The position numbers and the translations under genes are program-made. From a virus (taxonomy: Duplodnaviria; Caudoviricetes), in the IMG/VR virus record IMGVR_UViG_3300023184_000171, positions 1 through 52,254 of that record: a stretch of DNA of 52,254 nt. One strand, 5' to 3'. Numbering within the stretch: position 1 is the first letter of the stretch; each line of letters begins with the position of its first letter. Below are positions 15,733-24,196 of this stretch, in pieces. The notes beneath the pieces were generated by a model, which had not been told where the DNA came from, did not search any database, and saw only the letters and a list, made by a program, of their open reading frames with translations.

Positions 15733-16851
15733 ATGCAAGCACCTATGCTGTCGCATAAGCAAGTCTATTCACTCATCAAAGCGGTGGGTAGGAAGAGAAC
15801 GGTCATCGTGCAGGGGGAGACGGGCGTTGGTAAAACGTCCATCCAGATGGAGTTTATGCGTGACCCCGACTTTGCCAACCACCACGTTCGCCGCCCGTTG
15901 GAATGCACCCAGATGTCCGATGGTTCAGTATGGATGCCCGACATTGACCGAGAGTTGGGCGTGTCCCGCGAGTTGCCCAACGAGCGCTTCCACATCAACA
16001 CCAAGAACCGCAAGGGTGTGGACGGTTCCAAGCCGGTAGTCATCTGTCTGGATGAAGTGTTTAAGGCAACCAACCCGGTCAAGTGCATGATTTCCCCTGT
16101 GCTATATGAGCGCACCGTGGGTGACTATGAAGCCCCGGATGGCAGCATCGTGTGGGGTGCCACTAACCTAGCGGCTGAAGGGTTGGGGGACTCCCTCAAG
16201 ATGCACCTGCGCACACGCATGAAGATTGTAACCATGCGCAAGCCCACTCAGCCTGAATGGGCGAACGACTTCGCCATCCCCAACGGCCTACACCCTGCCG
16301 TTATCGCAGCCACCGCGCTGCATCCCGAGTGGTTCGACTCGTTCATGGACTACGAGCCGGGGGGTAAGCATGAGGGCAAGACGCTGGCTAAGGAGAATCC
16401 CTGCATCAACAACCCGCGCTTGGCACAGGAGGGCATCGTCAGCCCGCGCACACTGCACTCAGCCAGTGACTCGCTGCATGAGGCGCACAACATGGACAAG
16501 GAAACCCTGTTGGCTGACTTGTGTGGCACGGTGGGGGTTACGGCAGGGCAGATAGTTATGTCGGTCATGCGTCTGGGTAACGACATACCCGCACCGGAGC
16601 GTGTGTTTGCCGACCCTGACAACACACCGCTCTCTAACAATGCCAGTGCGCAAGCATTGCAGGTGTTCCAGTTGTTTAACCGCGCCACCACACGCGACGA
16701 TATGGCGGCTGTCGTGCGGTATGTTCGCCGGATGCGCACCGAGATGCAGACCATCTTTCGCCATAGCGTCGAGCATTCAGTTAAGAACCCTGTGTTCTCC
16801 ACCATCGCTGAGTTTCAGGTGATGTTGCAGGACGCTAGGTTGTTCGTATAA
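15733..16851 (+). CDS. MoxR-type AAA+ ATPase
   Basis: Walker A GETGVGKT, Walker B ICLDE, sensor ATN and SPRT; adjacent to a vWA gene. Confidence 0.85.
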   Translation: MQAPMLSHKQVYSLIKAVGRKRTVIVQGETGVGKTSIQMEFMRDPDFANHHVRRPLECTQMSDGSVWMPDIDRELGVSRELPNERFHINTKNRKGVDGSKPVVICLDEVFKATNPVKCMISPVLYERTVGDYEAPDGSIVWGATNLAAEGLGDSLKMHLRTRMKIVTMRKPTQPEWANDFAIPNGLHPAVIAATALHPEWFDSFMDYEPGGKHEGKTLAKENPCINNPRLAQEGIVSPRTLHSASDSLHEAHNMDKETLLADLCGTVGVTAGQIVMSVMRLGNDIPAPERVFADPDNTPLSNNASAQALQVFQLFNRATTRDDMAAVVRYVRRMRTEMQTIFRHSVEHSVKNPVFSTIAEFQVMLQDARLFV

Positions 16852-16857
16852 GGAGGC

Positions 16858-18030
16858 ATGATGATTCCAAACCATACGTGGGAGGTAATGACGTTGCAGC
16901 AGAGGGTGTCGGCTTGTAACAGCGACATCATTGAGCATCCAGAGTTTGGGCGGTTGACGGGCATCGTGTTCATGGGCGAGGTCATCATCGACCCCGCTTG
17001 CCCCACCGCCGCAACGAATGGGCGCGACGTGCGCTACGGAGAGAAGTTCTGTAGCAAGCTGAACCAGAAGCAACTGCGCTACGTTGACCTGCATGAGAAC
17101 TTGCACAAAGGCTTGCGGCACTGCGTCTTATACAAAGCTATCGTGGAGAAGTATCCAGACGAGTCTAACCGTGCGCAGGACTACGTAATCAACGGGATGA
17201 TTGAGGAAGTTGACCCGGCGTTTCAGTTCGTTGAGCGCCCGTGTGCTGTGCTGGTGGATGTTAAGTATCAGGGCATGGGGTTCATAGAGGTGTTGAAAGA
17301 CCTGATAGCTAACCCACCGCCACCCAACGGTGGGGGCAGCACGTTGGATGAGCATGAGCCGATGGATGAAGCCCCTGAGTTGGGCGACGAGATAGAAGAC
17401 GCGCTACGTCAAGGCAAGATTGTGTCTGACCGCATACGGGGGGAAGCTGGCGAGAGCGGTGCGTTGGATGTGCTGCTGCGCCCACGTAGCACGGCGTGGC
17501 GAGAAGCTATGCTGGAGTTCATGCAGTCTGTGTGTGACGGGGATGAGTTGAGCCGCATCTGTCCCCCGAACAAGCGCTTGCTACCTTCCGGGTTCTTGAT
17601 GTGGTCGCATTACTCAGAGGCGGTGGGGGAAGTAGTCATCGCGGCGGACACATCAGGGTCGATGCGCGGCGTGTATCCGGTAGTGTTCGGAGAGATATCG
17701 CACATATGCCAGACGTTGATGCCTGAGTCAGTGCGGGTTATCTGGTGGGACAGTCAGGTTCGTGGCGAGCAGGTGTTCACGCCTGATAACTATGAGGCGA
17801 TAGGTAGTTTAATGAAACCAGAAGGTGGTGGTGGCACTCGCGTGTCTACTGTTGCCGACTACATACAGGAGAAACAATATGCACCGATAGCAGTGATATA
17901 CCTGACAGATGGATACATCGAGTCTGAATACCGCACCCCTGCACTGCCGATACTGTGGGGGGTTGTAGACAACACACGGTTTGTGCCGCGTGTTGGTAAG
18001 AAAATAGACATTTGCAGCTTCACAATCTAG
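16858..18030 (+). CDS. Metallopeptidase-like plus vWA domain protein (DUF2201-like)
   Basis: TAATNG and HENLH (HExxH) in the N-terminal half; MIDAS DTSGS, GGGGT and LTDG in the C-terminal half. Confidence 0.85.
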   Translation: MMIPNHTWEVMTLQQRVSACNSDIIEHPEFGRLTGIVFMGEVIIDPACPTAATNGRDVRYGEKFCSKLNQKQLRYVDLHENLHKGLRHCVLYKAIVEKYPDESNRAQDYVINGMIEEVDPAFQFVERPCAVLVDVKYQGMGFIEVLKDLIANPPPPNGGGSTLDEHEPMDEAPELGDEIEDALRQGKIVSDRIRGEAGESGALDVLLRPRSTAWREAMLEFMQSVCDGDELSRICPPNKRLLPSGFLMWSHYSEAVGEVVIAADTSGSMRGVYPVVFGEISHICQTLMPESVRVIWWDSQVRGEQVFTPDNYEAIGSLMKPEGGGGTRVSTVADYIQEKQYAPIAVIYLTDGYIESEYRTPALPILWGVVDNTRFVPRVGKKIDICSFTI

Positions 18031-18041
18031 GAGATATAAAA

Positions 18042-18950
18042 ATGCAGCACTACAATATTGATACATGCGCGATGCTGGTGGAAGTTAATGCGTCCGTGTG
18101 GACTGCTCGTAAGCTTGACCGAGCCACAACGGATGAAGTCATTACCAGCAAGAATGCCGCGTCCAAGGGTGCGGCGCGGGTCAACAAGCACTTGCTGGCG
18201 GGTCGCCCTGAGTTGGAGGTGATCATCACGCACGTTGGCGGTGTGCGGGGCTACGTGTATGAGAACACGCTGCCGTGGTCAGACAGCGGTTTGCGCTTGC
18301 TGCCGGTGGTTAAGTTTCAAGAGTTCAACACGCGCATGAAGGTAGAGGAAGATAAGTATTGGGAGCTATGTAAGTCTTTCGTGGACGTATACCCCTCGTT
18401 GATTACAGCCCAAGCGTTGCAGTTGGGGGATATGTTCAAGCGCGAGGACTTCCCCAGTGCGGACACTATCCTGCACAAGTTCGGGTTTCAGGTGAACTAC
18501 ATGCCTGTGCCCACTGCGGGGGACTTCCGTGTAGACATCGGCAATGAGGCACAAGCTGAGCTTAAAGCCCAGTTGGTCAAGCTGGCTGACGAGCGGCTAA
18601 CGTCTGCGATGGATGACATCAAAGGCAAGCTTAAAGCCCACCTTGTCCATATGTCCGGGCGGTTGGCTGTGGACATTGTAGATAACGTGCCGAAGGTGCG
18701 GGGGTTTCACGACTCATTGATTGAGTATGGCTTCGACCTGTGCGACATGGTGAAGAGCTTGAATCTTACCCAAGATGTAGAACTGGAGGATGCACGGGCG
18801 GCACTTGAGCGGTGCTTGGGGGGCATAACTACGCGCACTAACAAGCGGGGGCGGGAGTTGACCGTAGCGGATACGCTGCGCGAGGATATGGGCAAGCGCA
18901 GCGCAGTGAAGGCGCAGGTGGATGAGATTCTTAACAAGTTCACATGGTAA
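18042..18950 (+). CDS. MoxR/vWA-associated protein (DUF3150-like)
   Basis: ATG at 18042 with SD AGGAG; WTARKLD, TLPWSDSG.RLLP and NLT.D..LE motifs; third gene of the AAA-vWA cluster. Confidence 0.6.
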   Translation: MQHYNIDTCAMLVEVNASVWTARKLDRATTDEVITSKNAASKGAARVNKHLLAGRPELEVIITHVGGVRGYVYENTLPWSDSGLRLLPVVKFQEFNTRMKVEEDKYWELCKSFVDVYPSLITAQALQLGDMFKREDFPSADTILHKFGFQVNYMPVPTAGDFRVDIGNEAQAELKAQLVKLADERLTSAMDDIKGKLKAHLVHMSGRLAVDIVDNVPKVRGFHDSLIEYGFDLCDMVKSLNLTQDVELEDARAALERCLGGITTRTNKRGRELTVADTLREDMGKRSAVKAQVDEILNKFTW

Positions 18951-18960
18951 AGGAGCGGTC

Positions 18961-19116
18961 ATGATTCAAACAAACGACGAAAAGGTAGCGGCAGCTATCG
19001 CTTACTTGCGCTCGCGGGATAGATACTTGCTAGACGGTTGCAAGTGGGTGCCGACCCCGGCAGGGCAGACTGACGTTAGGAAAACGATTGCGGACTACAG
19101 GGAGGCGTTGAAATGA
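18961..19116 (+). CDS. Hypothetical protein
   Basis: ATG at 18961 after AAGGAG; 51 aa. Confidence 0.55.
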   Translation: MIQTNDEKVAAAIAYLRSRDRYLLDGCKWVPTPAGQTDVRKTIADYREALK

Positions 19117-19514
19117 AAGACAACAGCACAGGAAAGACCAAGGGCTTCTACGAACGAGGCCAAGCTATATTTGATAGGATTCCAAAAATGCCGGAGGAGA
19201 AGAAGGAAATGAAAATGTCAAAAGCCGAGGTAGAAAAAGCACTTGCAGAGTATCCACGCGTTAAGCCCACGCCAGCGACTCCGCTGGAGAATTGGTATTA
19301 CTTGGATGAAACCCATGTGCTGCATCAAATGAGTAAGAATAAAACATTTGATGACGCGTGGGCTGAAATGGAACTTGCAGCAACCGTGCGCGGGACTCCT
19401 TTTCTTACCCTAGTTTGCGAAGACAACGCAAGGGAGTGGAGGGCAAAGCTAGACCGCTGGCTTGGTGATGATAAGTATCGGGAGAAATATAAAAAACGGA
19501 AGGGGGATTTATGA
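19113..19514 (+). CDS. Hypothetical protein
   Basis: 133-aa ORF, ATGA-coupled, SD GGAGG. Confidence 0.6.
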   Translation: MKDNSTGKTKGFYERGQAIFDRIPKMPEEKKEMKMSKAEVEKALAEYPRVKPTPATPLENWYYLDETHVLHQMSKNKTFDDAWAEMELAATVRGTPFLTLVCEDNAREWRAKLDRWLGDDKYREKYKKRKGDL

Positions 19515-19645
19515 AATTCGTGGACGTTGTTATGTTTATCGCGTTCCTCACTTCTCTTGCGTTCCTGTGGGGTATCGTCGATGGGACGATACAGATGGCA
19601 ACTGTTAAGGATTCCTTGACAGTTGGGAAGGAGTGCGGGAAATGA
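19511..19645 (+). CDS. Small membrane protein ending in KECGK
   Basis: MKFVDVVMFIAFLTSLAFLWGIVDG...KECGK; ATGA-coupled. Confidence 0.55.
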   Translation: MKFVDVVMFIAFLTSLAFLWGIVDGTIQMATVKDSLTVGKECGK

Positions 19646-19911
19646 ACGATACGCCAAGGACGGACATTCGGCATTGCGAAGCGTGTGGGCAGGTAAAGTT
19701 TCCAAGTGATCATTGGCAACGCCAACTCGCCGCCGCACAAGCCGAGATTGCAGCACTGCGGACGGATGCGGAACGGCTTGACTGGCTTGATACTGTTGAC
19801 TGCGGTATTAACCATATAGGTTACGGAGAATACAGAGATTATATTGGGCGTGGATTTATAAAAAAGATACGCGAAGTGGTTGACGCGGCGATGAAGGAGT
19901 GCGGGAAATGA
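19642..19911 (+). CDS. Hypothetical cassette protein
   Basis: MNDTPRTD...DAERLDWL...DAAMKECGK; start and stop both lie inside the junction repeats. Confidence 0.65.
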   Translation: MNDTPRTDIRHCEACGQVKFPSDHWQRQLAAAQAEIAALRTDAERLDWLDTVDCGINHIGYGEYRDYIGRGFIKKIREVVDAAMKECGK

Positions 19912-20210
19912 GGTTGATGGACTGTAAAGGGTATGACCTATACCCGGACGGAACGATGCGACCGGCGCACGGCTTGGGCGAATGGGTTAAAGCCGAAGAC
20001 TACGACAAACTCCACGCTGCCGCCGAAGCCGCCGAGCAGCGCCTTGCCGAGGTCGGGCGGGATGGGGAGCGGTATCGGTGGCTGCGCGCGCACGATGTTC
20101 TGTGCTGGTCAAGGGAGCCTAATGGGGCTGGTAAAGCGCCAATCGAGACGTCACATGGCAAAAAACTTGACGCCGCAATCGACGCGGCGATGAAGGAGTG
20201 CGGGAAATGA
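19908..20210 (+). CDS. Hypothetical cassette protein (Ead/Ea22-like C-terminus)
   Basis: RDGERYRWLR...LDAAIDAAMKECGK. Confidence 0.65.
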   Translation: MRLMDCKGYDLYPDGTMRPAHGLGEWVKAEDYDKLHAAAEAAEQRLAEVGRDGERYRWLRAHDVLCWSREPNGAGKAPIETSHGKKLDAAIDAAMKECGK

Positions 20211-20455
20211 GTAGTGACAAAGCATACAGAGCGCTGCATTTAAAGTATTGCGATCTTAAAGAAGAACTCGCCTCCGCAATTGAGCAGCGCGACAGGCTGG
20301 CCTGTGCGTTAAGAGCGTTACTGTCAAAGTGTCCTGACTGCGGTGGAACGGGTGAGGTAGGCACTGGGATAATACAAATAGGGCAACCAGACCAGATGCC
20401 GTGTTTCGTGTGCGCGGGTGAGCGTCAAATATTGTTGAAGGAGTGCGGGAAATGA
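20207..20455 (+). CDS. Hypothetical cassette protein with a Zn-finger-like motif
   Basis: MSSDKAYRALHLKYC...CPDCGGTG...CFVC...KECGK. Confidence 0.65.
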   Translation: MSSDKAYRALHLKYCDLKEELASAIEQRDRLACALRALLSKCPDCGGTGEVGTGIIQIGQPDQMPCFVCAGERQILLKECGK

Positions 20456-20637
20456 GTAGCGACAAAGCGTATCGGGCACTGCATTTAAAGTATTGCGCTC
20501 TTGAGGGGGAGATGCTGGTGCTGAAAGACCAGCTAACCTGCGCGCTGCTTCAAGCGCGGGAGAACGCGGAGACTGCAAATGAGTGTAAATTAAGAATGGA
20601 AGATTTAGAAGCCAAACTCAAGGAGAAGAACACATGA
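20452..20637 (+). CDS. Hypothetical cassette protein
   Basis: Shares the N-terminus MSSDKAYRALHLKYC with the previous gene; ends EAKLKEKNT. Confidence 0.6.
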   Translation: MSSDKAYRALHLKYCALEGEMLVLKDQLTCALLQARENAETANECKLRMEDLEAKLKEKNT

Positions 20638-21053
20638 GTGTTAATGCAGGAATGTTGTCTAGCGCGACAGACTTATGGGCTACACCACAAGAATTTTTTG
20701 ACAAACAAAATTTGTTATACGGGCCATTTGATGTTGATGTTTGCGCTGATGCCACAAACGCCAAATGCCCCGCGTATTTTGACAAAACTTTAGATGGACT
20801 TAAACAATCATGGAATGGGAAATGTTGGATGAATCCGCCATACGGAAAAGAAATTGGCAAATGGATGAAGAAAGCCTACGAGTCGGCTGGTAACGGGGTG
20901 GTTGTTGTATGCCTAGTCCCCGCAAGAACGGACACAAAATGGTGGCATGAATACGCGATTAAAGGACGCATTGATTTTATCAAAGGCAGGTTAAAGTTCG
21001 GCGGCGCAAAAAATAGCGCACCTTTCCCGTCTGCAATTGTTGTTTTTAGTTAA
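20634..21053 (+). CDS. Phage DNA N6-adenine methyltransferase (phage Dam-like)
   Basis: WATPQEFF, DVCA, catalytic NPPY, LVPARTDTKWWH, GRLKFG and APFPS motifs. Confidence 0.9.
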   Translation: MSVNAGMLSSATDLWATPQEFFDKQNLLYGPFDVDVCADATNAKCPAYFDKTLDGLKQSWNGKCWMNPPYGKEIGKWMKKAYESAGNGVVVVCLVPARTDTKWWHEYAIKGRIDFIKGRLKFGGAKNSAPFPSAIVVFS

Positions 21054-21077
21054 AGCCAAACTGCGGGAGAAGAACGG

Positions 21078-21362
21078 ATGACACCAGCATCATCAAAGAC
21101 GCAAATAATCTGGCTTGAAGACCGTGTTGACGGTTTAGAAAAGAGGCTGAAAGAGGTGGAGCGTTTAAACAAAGCTACTCAGCCAGATGATGATCTTAAT
21201 AACGTGCGTTACAAAGCTAACTATCGTTACGAAACCAAGCAGCCGCTGACGGATGAGCAGATAAAAGAATGTAGTTATGACGCAGAGGGTTTTATGATTA
21301 GCCGTGAAGCAGCAATGCGTAATGTTGAGAAAGCACATGGGATAGGAGAGAAAGATGAGTGA
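21078..21362 (+). CDS. Hypothetical protein
   Basis: 94 aa; PLTDEQI...VEKAHGIGEK C-terminal module. Confidence 0.6.
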   Translation: MTPASSKTQIIWLEDRVDGLEKRLKEVERLNKATQPDDDLNNVRYKANYRYETKQPLTDEQIKECSYDAEGFMISREAAMRNVEKAHGIGEKDE

Positions 21363-21663
21363 CCATCCATTAGGGTTTAATTTTGCTGCTGCTTTGGCGG
21401 GAGAAACAGATCATCTCTTGGTATACACGGACAACCGTTTGGTTGGCGCTAACCCAGACCAAGTAGATGGTTATTGGGACACAAAAGAAAAAGCTTTCGT
21501 AAATTTTGCGGTGCAGTTTTCAGAGATGGCTCATGCCGCGCAGGGCCATCATTTATTTGTACGCAGGGCACCGGAACTTGTGGCAGCAAGTCAGTTTGAA
21601 GGCGACACTAAATGGCGCATGATTGGTAGGTTTTCAATTGCAAAACTTAAGGAGAAAGAATGA
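21355..21663 (+). CDS. Hypothetical protein
   Basis: 102 aa; ends AKLKEKE. Confidence 0.6.
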   Translation: MSDHPLGFNFAAALAGETDHLLVYTDNRLVGANPDQVDGYWDTKEKAFVNFAVQFSEMAHAAQGHHLFVRRAPELVAASQFEGDTKWRMIGRFSIAKLKEKE

Positions 21664-21884
21664 TACTCGCATGGTATGACCCCACCAACCATCATGTCAG
21701 CACTGACAAGCACGACCCCTTGTTTACACAATTAGGACAGCTATGGCCTCTGCACAGGATACCGCTACCGCTGACAAAAGAAGCGGTGGGGTTGTTGATA
21801 GGAAACAGTCTTGAGGCGCAGTCGTGGCTTATGTCGGTAGTCAGAGCAGTTGAGAAGGCGCATGGGATAGGGGAGAAAGAATGA
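21660..21884 (+). CDS. Hypothetical protein
   Basis: 74 aa; ends VEKAHGIGEKE. Confidence 0.6.
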   Translation: MILAWYDPTNHHVSTDKHDPLFTQLGQLWPLHRIPLPLTKEAVGLLIGNSLEAQSWLMSVVRAVEKAHGIGEKE

Positions 21885-22087
21885 GACTCCAGATGAAAGC
21901 GTGGGACTTGGTTGGTCTTGAGAACGGCATACAAGAACACTTGGGGACGTTCAGCAGTCACAGAAAAGCTATGGCATACGGAGAGTATTTAATAACAACG
22001 GGGCAGGAAATATGCTGGGCTAACGCAACCAGCGATGGCTTGTCAGTGAGCGGCCCGTATAAATTACGTATCAACCCAGAATATTAA
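21881..22087 (+). CDS. Hypothetical protein
   Basis: 68-aa ORF, ATGA-coupled. Confidence 0.55.
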   Translation: MRLQMKAWDLVGLENGIQEHLGTFSSHRKAMAYGEYLITTGQEICWANATSDGLSVSGPYKLRINPEY

Positions 22088-22099
22088 AGGAGTTACAAA

Positions 22100-22261
22100 G
22101 TGAAGAAGCAAGTAACGACCCCAAAGACTGATGAGTTGCTATACCGTCTCATGGGGCAGATAGACAAGCACCGCAAGACCAGCCAGAGCGTCTACGAAGC
22201 ATTGTGGGAAATGGCGAAACATGCGCGGGAGTTGGAAACAAAACTACGGGAGAAGAAATGA
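22100..22261 (+). CDS. Hypothetical protein
   Basis: GTG start after AAGGAG; 53 aa; ends ETKLREKK. Confidence 0.5.
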   Translation: MKKQVTTPKTDELLYRLMGQIDKHRKTSQSVYEALWEMAKHARELETKLREKK

Positions 22262-23457
22262 TACTGACAAAAGACGAGATGATTAAGGACACGATCACCG
22301 TAATCAACGGCACAAAAGAAAAAATTCGCAGCTTTATAATGAAGTTGTGGCATTCCGCGTTCCCCGCTACACCCGATTTCTATTTCAATCGGCAACCGTT
22401 TGAGCAACCGGTTATACCTGTGGTTGAAAAGAAACCAAGGGTAGCCAGACAGAAAACCTTACAAAAAATGTTGGGGGGAATCGAATACGTATTTGAATCT
22501 GTTGGGTTACCTACCGAATGGGCTTGGGCGCACACATCAAAAGATACAATTATTGCTTTGCGAAAGCTTGGGCCTCACATAAGCAAAATTCCTCCAATTG
22601 GAGACCTTGATAGCAGAATTAAATTAAAAACTTTAGATGGTAAGTGGGGAGCTTTAATGTTTGTTGCTTACGAAAAACAGGAAAAACATAAAGGCTTTAT
22701 GAATCCAGTATTTTGTTACTCTGTATTGTTGAAAAAAGCACCGTGGTATGTTGGGAGACACAACAAAAAGTTACCAATCTTTGAATGCGGTGCTTCATGG
22801 AGGGACGAAAACGACAAACTATTTTGGGGCAACTGGCACGTCGTCGTGGACAAAACTACAGGAAGTGTCGATGTTTGCTCGTGTTTAAATTACACGCATA
22901 AACGTGTAAAAAATATGTCCTATACCCAAAAAGAATGGGGTTTGCCACCAATGGCGACTGCTGGATTTTCCGTAGAGGCAAGTCGTCAAGTAGATGTACT
23001 GAAGGCGATTTTTGTGGATTGTTTTGAGGCTTGGCAAATCGTTAACACTCATTGGAAGGTGTGTGTTTCTAAACAAAAACAAAGGGTAACGTGGACTGTG
23101 CCACAAGACGAAACGAAACACTTCTTCGCTGACAGGGATACAACTGTTACTGATGCTAGTGGAAAGAAAAAAAAGATAATCCACCACGTTGTACAGCACG
23201 AACGGATTACGGCGAGTGGAAAAGCATCAATGGTTCGGGAACACATACGTGGGTTAAACAAGTTTGACTGGCGCGGCTACGAGGTAAATGTCATAGCCCC
23301 AAAGTTTCACGTTACGGCACACGATTTTGACGTGGGAGCCTATGAGGAAGACGAACTACCAGCGGGTAAGAAAATGGTTTTCGCTAGCAAGGTCGGAAAG
23401 GTTCTGGCTGATCTGGAGCAGCGCGGTGAACGTAAAGAGCTACCCGCATTGCGCTAA
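22258..23457 (+). CDS. Hypothetical protein with a His/Arg-rich C-terminal motif
   Basis: ATG at 22258 (ATGA overlap, SD GGAG); 399 aa; HHVVQHER...VREHIRG; AT-richer than flanking genes. Confidence 0.7.
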   Translation: MILTKDEMIKDTITVINGTKEKIRSFIMKLWHSAFPATPDFYFNRQPFEQPVIPVVEKKPRVARQKTLQKMLGGIEYVFESVGLPTEWAWAHTSKDTIIALRKLGPHISKIPPIGDLDSRIKLKTLDGKWGALMFVAYEKQEKHKGFMNPVFCYSVLLKKAPWYVGRHNKKLPIFECGASWRDENDKLFWGNWHVVVDKTTGSVDVCSCLNYTHKRVKNMSYTQKEWGLPPMATAGFSVEASRQVDVLKAIFVDCFEAWQIVNTHWKVCVSKQKQRVTWTVPQDETKHFFADRDTTVTDASGKKKKIIHHVVQHERITASGKASMVREHIRGLNKFDWRGYEVNVIAPKFHVTAHDFDVGAYEEDELPAGKKMVFASKVGKVLADLEQRGERKELPALR

Positions 23458-23488
23458 ATGTGAAATAGTTAAACATAAAGGGGGATAT

Positions 23489-23674
23489 GTGCTAACAACA
23501 AATAAAGACCTTAGAAATGTATTGAAGAGCGCCGCGCAACAAGGGTGGGAGTTTGAATGCAAGAACAACCACATCAAGGGCAAGCACCCTAGCGGCAAGA
23601 CCACGACGATAAGCCGAAGCCCAAGCGACGGGCGGGCAATCAAAAACATAATGAGAGACTTGAGGATTGCATGA
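23489..23674 (+). CDS. HicA-like (dsRBD-fold) small protein
   Basis: GTG start after GGGGG; L...A.QQGW...KNNHIK.KHPSG.T.TIS.SPSD.RAIKN..RDL pattern. Confidence 0.6.
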   Translation: MLTTNKDLRNVLKSAAQQGWEFECKNNHIKGKHPSGKTTTISRSPSDGRAIKNIMRDLRIA

Positions 23675-23964
23675 CACCCGAAGCTAAGGTAAAGAAGCGG
23701 GTGCGTGTTTTCTTAAAAGAACTTGGCGCATATTATTCCATGCCGGTAACAGGCGGGTATGGCGTGTCGGGTGTGCCAGACTTCCTAGTGTGCTGGCGTG
23801 GTAAGTTCTTCGGAGTTGAGTGTAAAGCCAACGGCAACAAGCCCACCGCGCTGCAAGAAAAGAATATGCACGACATACGCGAAGCGGGTGGGCACACAAT
23901 AGTTATTGATGAAAACAACGTAGACCAACTTGGGTCATGGATAAGGGCGCACGAATATGAATGA
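23671..23964 (+). CDS. VRR-NUC domain nuclease (probable Holliday junction resolvase)
   Basis: TPEAKVK, GVPDF, GVECKA and PTALQ motifs. Confidence 0.85.
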   Translation: MTPEAKVKKRVRVFLKELGAYYSMPVTGGYGVSGVPDFLVCWRGKFFGVECKANGNKPTALQEKNMHDIREAGGHTIVIDENNVDQLGSWIRAHEYE

Positions 23965-24196
23965 CGAGCCACCAGATGAAGTTAAAAGTAAATACGAAGA
24001 AGCACTTCAAGGAATAATTGGTGAGTGTGTATGGGGAGAGCACGGACGGTTCGCTATCTTGCTGGTTGGTGACCCGCGTAGTTCTTTCGTAAACGTGCTG
24101 TCTATAAATAGCGATAGGGAACAGGCGTTGATGCTGCTCGCCCTTGCTAGTGATGCGATGACTACCCAGCCTAAAAACAACGGAGCACTTAACTAA
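23957..24196 (+). CDS. Hypothetical protein
   Basis: 79-aa ORF coupled to both neighbours. Confidence 0.6.
   Translation: MNDEPPDEVKSKYEEALQGIIGECVWGEHGRFAILLVGDPRSSFVNVLSINSDREQALMLLALASDAMTTQPKNNGALN

Larger units (their letters stand above)
19627..20455 (+). repeat. Identical 19-bp gene-junction repeat GAAGGAGTGCGGGAAATGA, 4 copies
   Basis: Copies at 19627-19645, 19893-19911, 20192-20210 and 20437-20455. Confidence 0.95.

Noticed and set aside
15733-16851. AAA ATPase as the cobalamin gene cobS (auxiliary metabolic gene)
   Set aside because: Its context with a DUF2201-like vWA gene indicates a generic MoxR-type system; no cobalamin genes are present.
19627-20455. 19-bp repeats as CRISPR repeats or integron attC sites
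   Set aside because: The intervals are 245-299-bp ORFs. The repeat is non-palindromic, coding, lacks attC R/L box structure, and no integron integrase is present.
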